From Opitutales bacterium (GTDB lineage Bacteria > Verrucomicrobiota > Verrucomicrobiia > Opitutales > UBA2987), in contig CBDDEL010000015.1 in assembly GCA_965226885.1 (NCBI GenBank), positions 288,001 through 352,000 on the forward strand: a stretch of DNA of 64,000 nucleotides, given 5' to 3'. This document shows, piece by piece, positions 9,219 to 19,287 of this stretch; the stretch's first letter is position 1, and each line of letters starts with the position of its first letter. The translations under genes and the position numbers were made by a program. The notes beneath the pieces were generated by a model that did no database searches, was not told the DNA's origin, and was given only the letters and a program-made list of their open reading frames with translations.

Positions 9219-10232
9219 GTGAATTTCTGCATATTAGGGGCGGGAGCCTGGGGCACGGCCATGGCGATTCATTTGTCCAGAGCGGGCAACACCGTCACGC
9301 TGGCTCCGCGCCGTATGGAGCAGGCCCTGGAAATTTCCACAACAAGAGAGAACAGGTCTTATTTGCCAAACATCTCCCTCGATCCCAGCATCCAGATCGG
9401 GTGGCAATTAAAACCCATTTTGATGGAAGCCGACGCCGTCCTGCTGGCCACTCCATCAAAAGGGCTGCGGGAGATTTGCCTGAGGGTTCATCATCACCTG
9501 GACTCCGCCGCCAAGCTTAAACTTTTCGTCACCTTATGCAAAGGACTGGAAAAAGAGACCTTGAAAAAGCCAGTGGAAGTCCTCCGGGAAGTCCTGCCCG
9601 GATTCATCCACGGCACTTTGACGGGCCCGACTTTTGCCAATGAAGTGGCCGAGGGCAAGCCCGCCGCCATGGTCTTCGCCAGCGATAGCGATGAGGCCTT
9701 CACAGAGGCCGCCCAATATGCCTTCAGCAGTTCCACCCTGCGGGTTTACACCAGTTCGGATTTAGTTGGGGTGGAACTTGGTTCCTGCCTCAAAAACGTT
9801 TACGCTATAGCGGCCGGTATTTGCGATGGATTGAATTTGGGCGAAAATGCCAAGGCCACCTTGCTGACTCGCTCTTTGAATGAAATGGTGCGCCTGGGCA
9901 ACCGCCTGGGGGGCCGCACGGAGACCTTTTATGGGTTAAGCGGCTGTGGGGATTTGCTCCTGACGTGCAACGGCAAACAGAGCCGAAACCGTACATTCGG
10001 CCAATTAATCGCCCAAGGCATGGAAATCGAAGATTTGATCGAAAAAAGAAAAATGACGGCGGAAGGCTATGGGAGCACGGAATGTTTTCACCGCCTGTGC
10101 CGGAATCAGGGACTGCAGGCGCCCATTCTTAACGAGGTGCACGCAGTTCTTTACGAAGGGAAAAACCCGGCCGCATCCATCACCGATCTGATGAAACGGC
10201 AACTCAAGCCGGAAACCCCCAGTCATTCATAA
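9219..10232 (+). CDS. gpsA: NAD(P)H-dependent glycerol-3-phosphate dehydrogenase
   Basis: GAGAWGTA, LKNVYAIAAG, GDLLLTC..SRN motifs. Confidence 0.95.
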   Translation: MNFCILGAGAWGTAMAIHLSRAGNTVTLAPRRMEQALEISTTRENRSYLPNISLDPSIQIGWQLKPILMEADAVLLATPSKGLREICLRVHHHLDSAAKLKLFVTLCKGLEKETLKKPVEVLREVLPGFIHGTLTGPTFANEVAEGKPAAMVFASDSDEAFTEAAQYAFSSSTLRVYTSSDLVGVELGSCLKNVYAIAAGICDGLNLGENAKATLLTRSLNEMVRLGNRLGGRTETFYGLSGCGDLLLTCNGKQSRNRTFGQLIAQGMEIEDLIEKRKMTAEGYGSTECFHRLCRNQGLQAPILNEVHAVLYEGKNPAASITDLMKRQLKPETPSHS

Positions 10233-11617
10233 GCTGTCATGGCGGAAGCATCCGGTTTCTTTTGGGGCCGAGGCAAAAACGATGCCAAAATCAGGGGAAC
10301 CAGAAGGATACAAGATCCATAGAGATAGGAAACTTGCGACCCGAAATACCAATAAATGGCAGCGGCCACCAGAGGCCCGATGGCCCTGCCCAGCGACCCG
10401 GAGGAACGGAATGCGCCCATTACACGGCCTTGTTCCTTTTCGCCTGAGTAAAGTGAAACAAAGGCCGTGAGGGTAGGGGTGGACAAACCGGCTCCCAGAG
10501 CGAGTAGGCCCAAACCGACGTAGAAATAATGCCAGGATAAAGCAAAGGCCAAGCACCCAAAAGCGGCCGAACCGCAGACTAATCCAGATAGAAGCAAGCA
10601 CTTCTCTCCCAATTTCGGGACTAGGCCGTGGACCAACCCTCCCTGCACCAAGATGAGAGAAAAACCGATAAAAAGAAACATCTTGGCATTATCGACCGGC
10701 AGATAGCCAAGGCGCTCTAAAGACAGAAAGGTCAGCGTGAACTCCATGCCGCTGAAAGCGAGAATGAAAAGAAAATACACCAGGTTGGTTCTTTTCACCA
10801 GGCTTGACCCAGGGCCGAAAAATTGACTTAATTTGACCTCGGGAAGCAAGTTTGCAGACGTCGTATCCCGTTTTTCCAGCGGCAGGGTTTCGTTGAATTT
10901 GAGCGCCACCCAGAGGAGGTTGAGCAGAGACAATGAAAAGGCGATAAAGGCGGGAACGGAAAACGGATTGATCCCATAGCGAACCAAATCGGGAAAATAG
11001 GTGCCTAAATCGATGAGCGAGGAGAAACCGCCGATGGCCGGACCGACCAGAAATCCAAGCCCGAAAGCCACCCCAACCAGAGCCATTCCCCGGGATCGTT
11101 TTTCCGCCACGGTGATATCGGCCACGGCCGCCGTGGCCACGGACAGGTTGCCACTACTCGTTCCGCTTAAAATGCGGGATGCGATCAGAAGCCAAAAAGA
11201 TCCGCTGAATGCCCACATAAGATAACCGAGCGTATTTCCCAAGATGGTAAGAAACAGGATGGGCTTGCGGCCATAGCGATCCGACAAACGACCCCAAAAT
11301 GGCGCGAAAACGAATTGCAAAAGTGAATATAGCGAACCCAGGAAACCGCCAAACAAGACATGGGCGAGAAATGTCGAGTCCCCAAAACTACCGTCAGACC
11401 GCGAGGATTTCCCCAGCCAATCGACAATAAAGGCGAGAAAACTTCCCTCCTCTTCCGGCGGCAAATAATAATCGAGCATGGCCGGGAAGAGTGGAAATAT
11501 GATGGAAAATCCGACCAGGTCTATAAAAAGGGTCAGGAATACCACTCCCAGTATGCTCCGGCGGGAGTTATTATTGAGGTCGGAATTGCCTGAATTCACT
11601 GATGGCGGCTCTGGCAT
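10223..11617 (-). CDS. MFS transporter (TetA/DHA1-like)
   Basis: GRLSDRYGRKP motif A; multiple transmembrane segments. Confidence 0.9.
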   Translation of the reverse strand: MPEPPSVNSGNSDLNNNSRRSILGVVFLTLFIDLVGFSIIFPLFPAMLDYYLPPEEEGSFLAFIVDWLGKSSRSDGSFGDSTFLAHVLFGGFLGSLYSLLQFVFAPFWGRLSDRYGRKPILFLTILGNTLGYLMWAFSGSFWLLIASRILSGTSSGNLSVATAAVADITVAEKRSRGMALVGVAFGLGFLVGPAIGGFSSLIDLGTYFPDLVRYGINPFSVPAFIAFSLSLLNLLWVALKFNETLPLEKRDTTSANLLPEVKLSQFFGPGSSLVKRTNLVYFLFILAFSGMEFTLTFLSLERLGYLPVDNAKMFLFIGFSLILVQGGLVHGLVPKLGEKCLLLSGLVCGSAAFGCLAFALSWHYFYVGLGLLALGAGLSTPTLTAFVSLYSGEKEQGRVMGAFRSSGSLGRAIGPLVAAAIYWYFGSQVSYLYGSCILLVPLILASFLPRPQKKPDASAMTAYE

Positions 11618-11678
11618 GTAGGTGCGGAGCTTGATTTATGCGAGGAAATCGAGATGTTCCCGGTAAAAGGCCCGCATC

Positions 11679-12164
11679 CTAACCCTCATGCCCGAATTTT
11701 ATATTAAGGGCTGTGGCTACATTAACCGGCACGAGATTGGCAATTTTCCCCTGAAACCGCGCCACCTGTCTGATCAAACTGGAACTGGTAAAAAAGTAAT
11801 CCTGTTTTGGCATTAAAAAAATGGTTTCCAAATCATCGTCCAAATGGCGATTCATTTGGGTCATTTGAAATTCGAACTCAAAATCGGAGATGGCTCTTAA
11901 GCCCCTGACGATAGCCAAAGCGCCCATTTCTCGAGCATAATCGACCAATAATCCGCGAAAAGAGGTGACTTCTACATTTTGCCTGCCTGTAATATTCTCC
12001 TCAATCAGCCGGATTCTCTCGGAAAGATCAAAGAGGGGCTGTTTTTCTTCGCTCTCGGCCACCGCTATGATGGTGTTGTCAAAAATATGGGATGCGCGAA
12101 AAAGCACGTCAAGGTGCCCGTTGGTGACGGGATCGAAGGTGCCGGGATAAATTGCCGTTCTCAT
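11679..12164 (-). CDS. coaD: Pantetheine-phosphate adenylyltransferase
   Basis: MRTAIYPGTFDPVTNGHLD and RGLRAISDFEFE; start set at ATG 12164. Confidence 0.95.
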   Translation of the reverse strand: MRTAIYPGTFDPVTNGHLDVLFRASHIFDNTIIAVAESEEKQPLFDLSERIRLIEENITGRQNVEVTSFRGLLVDYAREMGALAIVRGLRAISDFEFEFQMTQMNRHLDDDLETIFLMPKQDYFFTSSSLIRQVARFQGKIANLVPVNVATALNIKFGHEG

Positions 12165-12276
12165 TTTGAATTGCGGTTGGGAGGATTTTATCTCTAGGGT
12201 GGCAGAGTCAAGGATTTCCCATTTCCACAAATTCAATTCATTTTTATCTTCCTTTGCAACCTCGCAGCCGCAACCG

Positions 12277-12873
12277 ATGAACTTGCCAAATATGCTGACC
12301 CTCTCGCGGGTGCCCATACTCTTCATCATCGTGGGGCTGCTCTACCTCAGGTGGCAAGGCGCCGCCACTTTAGCTTTGCTCCTTTTCATTTTCGGCGGCA
12401 TTACCGATTGGCTGGACGGCTATCTGGCCAGAAAGCGCAACAGCGTCTCGGATTTCGGCAAACTGATGGATGCCCTGACCGATAAAATTTTAATCGTCGG
12501 AATGCTCATCGCCATCCTTGCCGTCGGTCTATTGCCCTCATGGGGAATCATTTGCGTGCTTCTTATTGTGAGCCGGGAATTCCTCGTCACTGGCCTCAGG
12601 CTGGTGGCGGCCAGCCAGGGGACCATCCTGGCGGCTGAAAAAACGGGTAAGCAAAAGACCGTTTTTCAAATAATCGCCATCAGCGTATTGCTGGGCCCGC
12701 CGGCCATTCATTTCGATTTCACCCTATGGACGGGTTGGAATCTGAACATTTTTGAAAGGTTCATATATTACACCGGGATCGGATTTTTTTTATTTGCCAC
12801 CCTTTTGACGGTTTATTCGGGCGGCGTCTATATCACCAAATACTGGTCGCTCCTTTTCCCGGCTCAGGACTAG
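12277..12873 (+). CDS. pgsA: CDP-diacylglycerol--glycerol-3-phosphate 3-phosphatidyltransferase
   Basis: MNLPNMLTLSR and DWLDGYLAR...FGKLMDALTDK. Confidence 0.95.
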   Translation: MNLPNMLTLSRVPILFIIVGLLYLRWQGAATLALLLFIFGGITDWLDGYLARKRNSVSDFGKLMDALTDKILIVGMLIAILAVGLLPSWGIICVLLIVSREFLVTGLRLVAASQGTILAAEKTGKQKTVFQIIAISVLLGPPAIHFDFTLWTGWNLNIFERFIYYTGIGFFLFATLLTVYSGGVYITKYWSLLFPAQD

Positions 12874-14440
12874 CCCGGATATTTCATGAAGGGTAAAGTT
12901 TGGCTCGTTATTGCTATTGGAGATGGATTTCTTTGTATTTTGAGCAGATCGTCTTGATTTTTAGGTGTTTTTCAGGGTGTAGAGACACTGCCCCCTTTCC
13001 CCCATTGGTTCGGTAGTGCCGGGGGCAGCACCAATGCACCCTTTAGGTTGGCACCAATCGGCGGGCCGCATGGTTGAAAAGACTGGCCCAAGGATAACTC
13101 TCACTTAGGTGAAAGTGAATCGTTCGGGTGTTGCGCACGATGACCGCTCCGATCTTGATTAATTTGAGCCGCAGGGTGTGGCATTGGGCCCGCGCCCACT
13201 TCGTCCCTTTTAAGGCTAACCGGCGCATGGCTTCCATCAAGGTGTAGGCCAGCGCCGACAAGAGCAATCGCCACTGATTGGCCCACCATTGATGGGCGCT
13301 GGTGCGCTCGCTGAACAATTGCATCTGTTCCTTGATTCGGTTCTCCATTTCACCGCGGCCACAGTATACCTTGTCGTAAAGCTCCTGGGGATCGCCCGGC
13401 AGGTTCGTCACCACGAAGCGCGGGTTGGACCCCTGTGCGGTGTGTTCGGCTTTATGGATGACCAACCGCAGCCATCGCCACGAATCGGCAGCATAGACGA
13501 AGTTCTGGAATAACCGTTGTTTTTCACCCCTTAGTTCGAACCATTCTTTGGCCTGCTTTTGCAACTGCTGGGCGTCTTGCTGCAAGCGTGCATTGCGAGC
13601 CATCCCCACGATGTAACTAACTTCGTTGCGGTCGCACCAAGAGAGTATCCGGTCTCGACAAAATCCACTGTCGGCGCGCCAAATAATCCGCGTACGGGGC
13701 CAGCTTTGGCGAATCCGTTTAACCAGCAATTTGAGGATGGCCCCGGCATGCTTGCTGGCATCGATCTTGCTCGGCCGCAGGTAGGCCACCAGCAGCTGAT
13801 CACCGCAAAAAACATATAGCGGCAGAAAACAGTAATGATCATAATAACCGTGGAAAAAACGTCCCTCCTGGAGCCCGTGCACCGGATTGTCGGTGGCGTC
13901 AAAGTCCAGGATGATCTCTTCGGGTTCCTCGGCAAAGGAGCCCATGAACTGTTCGACCAACAGCTCGTTTACCGCAAAGGCCGCCCGCCGATCCTGCCCG
14001 TTTTCAAAACGACACAAAGTCGGCGCGCTGGCCAACGTTTCAATGCGCCCCGTTACCGTTTGCAACAATGGATCGTGGCGCAGGGTATCAAAGTCGTTCA
14101 AATCCTCATAGCCCGCCACCAGCCCGTAAACGCGCTGCCGCAGCATCCCCAATACCTCATGGCGTGCTTTGCCCTTCTGCCGTTTGTCCACTAACTGTCG
14201 GGCCGCTCGTTCGGTCAAGCCCAACTGCCGATCCACTTCCCGGATCAAAAGCAGTCCGGCATCCGAAGTAACCTCTCCGCCCTTGAAATCAACCCGCACA
14301 CGGCGGCCTTTTACCCTTGTCAACTGTAGCTTTAATTGTTTACCTTTTGTCATCGCTGATATTGCTTTAATTATTGATCTATCCTGCTGTATATCAGCAG
14401 TTAAGCATATCAACGATACTTTTTTTACGAAATATCCGGG
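12874..14440 (-). mobile_element. IS1380-family element, copy 1 (transposase 13043-14413)
   Basis: Terminal IR CCCGGATATTTC; CTAG duplicated at 12870-12873 and 14441-14444; TSDAG, DFDATD, RADSGF and RGEMENRIKE motifs. Confidence 0.95.
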
Positions 14441-14443
14441 CTA

Positions 14444-14719
14444 GGGCGTGTTTTCAAAAACCAAATGATGATGGCAACAGCGATTTTTGTCGTTCACCAA
14501 GGCGGTGCCAAGAGTGCTGTGCCCATAGGCACCGCCCCTTGTGCGCTAACGTCGCTGACGGTAAAAAGCACGCTGTCCGCCGGGGGGATGTGGGCCAAAA
14601 TGAAGGTCGCGGCGTTGGCGGTACGCTCACGCACTTCCACTGCGCCACGCGTGCCGCCCCCTTGCGCTGCTTCGTTTTGGCCTCGCACCATCATACATTT
14701 TGATTTTGAAAACACGCCC
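14444..14719. mobile_element. 276-bp MITE
   Basis: 16-bp perfect terminal IR GGGCGTGTTTTCAAAA extending imperfectly to about 31 bp; TA on both sides; no transposase. Confidence 0.85.
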
Positions 14720-14722
14720 TAA

Positions 14723-15232
14723 ATGAACGAACGTCAAAGCTGGATCTGCTTTCTCCCTTCCCAAGTCGTACTCAACGCCGCCTCGGTGGGTCCCTGCGGC
14801 CATGCCCGTAAAGCACCCGGCACCGTCGGCTCACTGGCCGGTCTGATCTGGTACACGGTGGTTTTCTATCCTCTGGGCAATTTAGGTTACCTCATGATGC
14901 TGGCCCTGACAATTTACCTGGCTGTGGAATTTTGCGGAGAAGCGGAGAAACGCCTCATCCAGCGAGACCCGAGCCAGGTTGTGCTGGACGAATTCGTGGC
15001 CATGCCAGTCTGTTTTATCGGGTTGCAGCCTTACCTGGAAATGGGCTACGCCTGGGCCATATTTATTGCCGGTTTCGGACTTTTTCGATTTTTCGATATC
15101 ATCAAACCCCTGGGGATAAAAAGGCTTCAAGACTACCCCGGCGGGGTGGGAATTGTAGTCGATGACCTAGCTGCCGGACTGGCTGCCTGCCTGACCCTTC
15201 ACGCGATCCTGTGGGGGTTGACCTGGGTGTAG
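14723..15232 (+). CDS. pgpA: Phosphatidylglycerophosphatase A
   Basis: APGTVGSL, DPSQVVLDE, FRFFDIIKP and DDLAAG motifs. Confidence 0.92.
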   Translation: MNERQSWICFLPSQVVLNAASVGPCGHARKAPGTVGSLAGLIWYTVVFYPLGNLGYLMMLALTIYLAVEFCGEAEKRLIQRDPSQVVLDEFVAMPVCFIGLQPYLEMGYAWAIFIAGFGLFRFFDIIKPLGIKRLQDYPGGVGIVVDDLAAGLAACLTLHAILWGLTWV

Positions 15233-15244
15233 GAAGCAGTTTTC

Positions 15245-15676
15245 CTATTGAGCTAAAAACCTGAGAGCTGCGATATACCCGTAAAATCCGAGGCCTGCGA
15301 TGGAACCGGTCGAAACCGGCGCCGTGATGGATTTGTGCCGGAATTCCTCTCGCTGATAAATGTTGGATATATGAACCTCGACCACGGACAGGCCGGAGGA
15401 AGTAATGGCATCGCGCAGGGCCACACTGGTGTGGGTGTAGGCGCCGGGGTTGAATACCACCCCGTCGATGCCGTCATCGCCCAGAGAAGCTATTTTATCG
15501 ACCAGAGCGCCTTCATGGTTAGATTGAAAAAACTCGACCGACACACCCAGAGACTCCGCTTCCGCTGACACCAGTTTTTCCAGATCCTGTAGAGTCTTGC
15601 TGCCGTAAACATCGGGCTGCCGTTTTCCCAGCCGATCAAGGTTGGGGCCGTTTAAAACTGCGAACTTTTTACTCAT
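15245..15676 (-). CDS. aroQ: Type II 3-dehydroquinate dehydratase
   Basis: LNGPNL, QSNHEG, NPGAYTHTS and EVHISN motifs. Confidence 0.97.
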   Translation of the reverse strand: MSKKFAVLNGPNLDRLGKRQPDVYGSKTLQDLEKLVSAEAESLGVSVEFFQSNHEGALVDKIASLGDDGIDGVVFNPGAYTHTSVALRDAITSSGLSVVEVHISNIYQREEFRHKSITAPVSTGSIAGLGFYGYIAALRFLAQ

Positions 15677-15695
15677 TTGATTAACAGGGGGTTCC

Positions 15696-16451
15696 TTAAA
15701 GGGGGCATTCGGTTGCTATAAATTCATTGGGAAGATCGAATTCTTTTGCCACTTCCACAGCCAGAGCGGCAACGCCGAATGTTTCCGTGGCATAATGTCC
15801 GCAAAGATACAGGTTGAGCCCTTCCTCCTGAGCAAGATTAAAATGATTTTGTTTAAGCTCTCCCGTTATCAGGGTATCGACTCCCTGCTCTTTCAATTCT
15901 CCGACCACGGAAGCGCCGCTGCCAGTGAGAATGGCTACCTTCGAAGGGCGGGTGGAACCGTATTCTATAGCCGTAATGCGGCCGGAAAACAATTCCCTCA
16001 ATAAGGTTTTTAGAGAATCCCTGCTTTCGGAGGACTTGGTAATGAGGCAGACCGGATGGCCTTCATATTGATGGAATGAGCCGACCGGCTCGAGACCGAG
16101 TTTTTTAGCCAGGAGGGCGTTATTGCCAATTTCCGAATGACAATCCAGAGGCAGATGGCAGCCGTAAAGAGCACAATCGCCATCGAACAAAATGCGCAAT
16201 TTCTCGTAATTACGATCAATTATGGGCCTGGGTGGGTCCCAAAAAAGACCATGATGCACGATGAGAAAATCAACCCCGGCAGCGACCGCCTGGGTAAAGG
16301 GTGCCCTGCCAGCATCGACTGCAGCCCCGATTTTGGCAACCCGCCCGCTGTTGGCTACTTGCAGACCGTTCATGGCTCCGGGAAAATCGGGAATTTCCTT
16401 TTGCCGGGAGCGTTTATCGCAATACTCCACAATATCCTGCAAACTTGCCAT
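15696..16451 (-). CDS. Nif3-like dinuclear metal-centre protein
   Basis: NGLQV, VHHGLFW, HLPLD and GHYATE motifs. Confidence 0.92.
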   Translation of the reverse strand: MASLQDIVEYCDKRSRQKEIPDFPGAMNGLQVANSGRVAKIGAAVDAGRAPFTQAVAAGVDFLIVHHGLFWDPPRPIIDRNYEKLRILFDGDCALYGCHLPLDCHSEIGNNALLAKKLGLEPVGSFHQYEGHPVCLITKSSESRDSLKTLLRELFSGRITAIEYGSTRPSKVAILTGSGASVVGELKEQGVDTLITGELKQNHFNLAQEEGLNLYLCGHYATETFGVAALAVEVAKEFDLPNEFIATECPL

Positions 16452-16468
16452 AATCCAGGGCCGTGTTT

Positions 16469-18259
16469 TTAATCAATATTATCGTTTTCGCTTTCGATGT
16501 TAGCCTGTTTGACACGATCCAGATAAAATTTTTGCAAAGTTTCCAAAATGGTTTGTGAATCTCCAGTTTTTAAAACCTTGGCCGCAAGTTGTTCCGCTTC
16601 CGGCATGCGCATCTTGCGCAGCAAATACTTGATTTCGGGCAGCCGGACCGGCGCAATGCTTAAATCATCGGCGCCCAAACCGATCAAAAGTGGCCCATAA
16701 AGGGGATCTCCGGCCATTTCTCCGCAAATACCAACCGGGATGCCTTTTTTGTGGCCTGCATCAATAACGGCCTTGATCATGCGAATTACGGCCGGATGGT
16801 TCGGTTCGTAGAGGTAGGCAATTCTATCGTTAACCCGGTCCACAGCGAGCATGTATTGAATTAAGTCGTTAGTTCCGATGCTGAAAAAATGGCTGTGCTC
16901 TGCCAGCACATCGGCCGTATAGGCGGCACTGGGAACTTCAATCATGCAACCAACCTGAATATGGGGATCAAACGCTTGCTCACGCTCAAGCAGCTCCTGT
17001 TTAGCCTCTTCAAGTACTTTCAGAGCCGCCAGTAATTCGGGCAAACCGCTGATCATGGGAAACATGATCTTTACCTTTCCATAGGAGCTGGAACGCAAAA
17101 TGGCCCGCAGTTGGTCTTTAAATACATCGGTGTGCTTGAGGCAAAAGCGTATGGCCCTGAATCCCAGGAAGGGGTTTCCCTCATTAACCGGAAAATAATC
17201 GCCATGAGGTTTCTTGTCTCCACCCAGATCGAAGGTGCGAATGATCACCGTCTGGGGACTGAGCTGTTCGACATAGCGGCGGTAAACTATAAATTGCGCC
17301 TCTTCGCCGGGAAAGGATTGATCATTCAGAAAAATGGTTTCGGTGCGAAACAAGCCGACGCCCTGAGCGCCGTAACGGTCAAGTTTTTCGGGCGGCTCGT
17401 TACCCTCAATATTGGACATGAGAACCATGCTGTGACCGTCGATGGTTACGGCCGGCAAGTCGGCTTCGCTCTGAAATATCTGCTGTAGGTGTTCGCGTTT
17501 GAGCTTTATCTGGCCGTAACGACGCAAACGGTCGGTGGTCGGGTGAAGGATTACAAGACCCTCGTAGCCATCCACCAAAATGGTATCGTCGCTATGTACT
17601 CGCTGGGTAATGTCGTGCAGGCCAACCACTGCCGGAACTTCCAGAGCGCGCGCCATAATGGTGACATGGCTGGTTTGGCTGCCCTCGTCGGTGACAAACG
17701 CGAGAACGGTTCCCTTTTCCAAGCATGCCGTTTCCGAAGGCGTCAAATCCTCGGAAACGATTATTTTGTCATGGGCCAATGTGCTAAAGCTGAAATCGGC
17801 ATGACCCAATAAGTTGCGCAACAGCCTGCGTGAGACATCGCGAATATCCGTGACCCGTTCCTTTATGTAGTCGTCGTCAATACTGGAGAATGCTTCCAGG
17901 TAGCGGGTGATGACCTGTTGCACACAATATTCAATATTGAGGCCCGTATTCTGGACTTCGAGAACCGTTTCCTCAAGGAGGGCCTTATCATCCAGAACGA
18001 GGAGGTGAGCATCGAATATTTGCGCTTCTTCATCCCCCAACTCTTCGGCAATTTCATTGCGAATAGCGCTGATTTGCATTCGAGTTTCCAGAATAGCCTG
18101 CTCGAAGCGGGCCAATTCATAACCCTGATTCTCCTTCGATATTTCGTAGGACGGAATCTCCAGTTTCTTTTGCAAAAAAAGGAAAGCAGGTCCATGTACG
18201 ACCCCCGGAGAGGCAGCGACCCCCTGCAAGACAATTTCCTCTTTTTCAGAATCGGGCAT
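16469..18259 (-). CDS. ptsI: PTS enzyme I
   Basis: TSHVTIMAR phospho-His site; GVGLFRTE and FSIGTNDLIQY. Confidence 0.95.
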   Translation of the reverse strand: MPDSEKEEIVLQGVAASPGVVHGPAFLFLQKKLEIPSYEISKENQGYELARFEQAILETRMQISAIRNEIAEELGDEEAQIFDAHLLVLDDKALLEETVLEVQNTGLNIEYCVQQVITRYLEAFSSIDDDYIKERVTDIRDVSRRLLRNLLGHADFSFSTLAHDKIIVSEDLTPSETACLEKGTVLAFVTDEGSQTSHVTIMARALEVPAVVGLHDITQRVHSDDTILVDGYEGLVILHPTTDRLRRYGQIKLKREHLQQIFQSEADLPAVTIDGHSMVLMSNIEGNEPPEKLDRYGAQGVGLFRTETIFLNDQSFPGEEAQFIVYRRYVEQLSPQTVIIRTFDLGGDKKPHGDYFPVNEGNPFLGFRAIRFCLKHTDVFKDQLRAILRSSSYGKVKIMFPMISGLPELLAALKVLEEAKQELLEREQAFDPHIQVGCMIEVPSAAYTADVLAEHSHFFSIGTNDLIQYMLAVDRVNDRIAYLYEPNHPAVIRMIKAVIDAGHKKGIPVGICGEMAGDPLYGPLLIGLGADDLSIAPVRLPEIKYLLRKMRMPEAEQLAAKVLKTGDSQTILETLQKFYLDRVKQANIESENDNID

Positions 18260-18350
18260 GAGTTAATTATGGTTAATCAGAGCAAGGCTACCTTGAAACC
18301 GCGCCCCCATTGCTCCGGCCAAAGTATAAAAAGAACTCTAACTCTAATGG

Positions 18351-19250
18351 TCAGAGGAAGACGCTTTCAACCATAAACGCTTCCTCTCCCCAGGCGGCGT
18401 GGATGGCGGATTTCAATGCGCAAAGGGATTCATCGTTTTTGAAAAGAGCCAGGCAGGCGCTGCCGCTGCCGCTTAAGAGAGGCGCTATGCCGTCAATTTT
18501 CTTTATCATTGCATAGAGGGCGGGATAGGTGAGAAATTTCTCAAAGATGGCGGTTTCGAAATTATTGAAGAACAGTTCTTCCAACGATCGGTCGGATTTC
18601 AGCCAATGGTTTATGTTTGTAACACTTTGCGCCTCAGACAGATAGTGGGATGGATTAGCCGCCAGATGTCTATAGGCCCAAGCCGTTTCAATGGAAAAAT
18701 CGGGTTTGAACAAAAGCACTCGCCTGCCGGACAAGCGATTGGCAACCGTTGCGGACAGCGGCTCGATTTGTTCGCCTCTTCCCCGCATGATTACGGGTCC
18801 GTTGTTTAAAAACAGAGGGACGTCCGAACCCAAATCCGCCCCCATCGACAATAAATCTTTTTCCGGCAATGGACTGGCCGAAAAAGTATTCAGCAATCGC
18901 AAAACGGCCGCCGCGTTACTGCTGCTGCCGCCAAATCCGGCCCCGATAGGTATTCGCTTTTGCAGCAGGTAGTGAAGGCTGAAATCCAATTTTCGGTGTT
19001 TGCGAAAAGCAGCCGAGGCTTCCATGACTAGGTTGGAGGGTCCGGCATCAAGGTCGGAATTATCGCACTCCAAAGTGTCGGGTTCTCCCGGCGTACCTCT
19101 TTCCACCCACAAATGATCGCCGAAATCGAGCGGAGCCGCCACCGAGAGCAAATTGTGATAGCCGTCCTCGCGAAGTCCGGTCACGGCAAGAAAAGGATTT
19201 ACCTTTGCAGGGCAAAAAATCACAGTTCGACTGGGCAATTTATTTGACAC
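18351..19250 (-). CDS. ispE: CDP-ME kinase
   Basis: PAKVN, GYH, IPIGAGFGGSSS and LSGSGS motifs. Confidence 0.93.
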   Translation of the reverse strand: MSNKLPSRTVIFCPAKVNPFLAVTGLREDGYHNLLSVAAPLDFGDHLWVERGTPGEPDTLECDNSDLDAGPSNLVMEASAAFRKHRKLDFSLHYLLQKRIPIGAGFGGSSSNAAAVLRLLNTFSASPLPEKDLLSMGADLGSDVPLFLNNGPVIMRGRGEQIEPLSATVANRLSGRRVLLFKPDFSIETAWAYRHLAANPSHYLSEAQSVTNINHWLKSDRSLEELFFNNFETAIFEKFLTYPALYAMIKKIDGIAPLLSGSGSACLALFKNDESLCALKSAIHAAWGEEAFMVESVFL

Positions 19251-19287
19251 GATTTGAGTAGTTTCACCTTACCTCTATGCCTGAATA

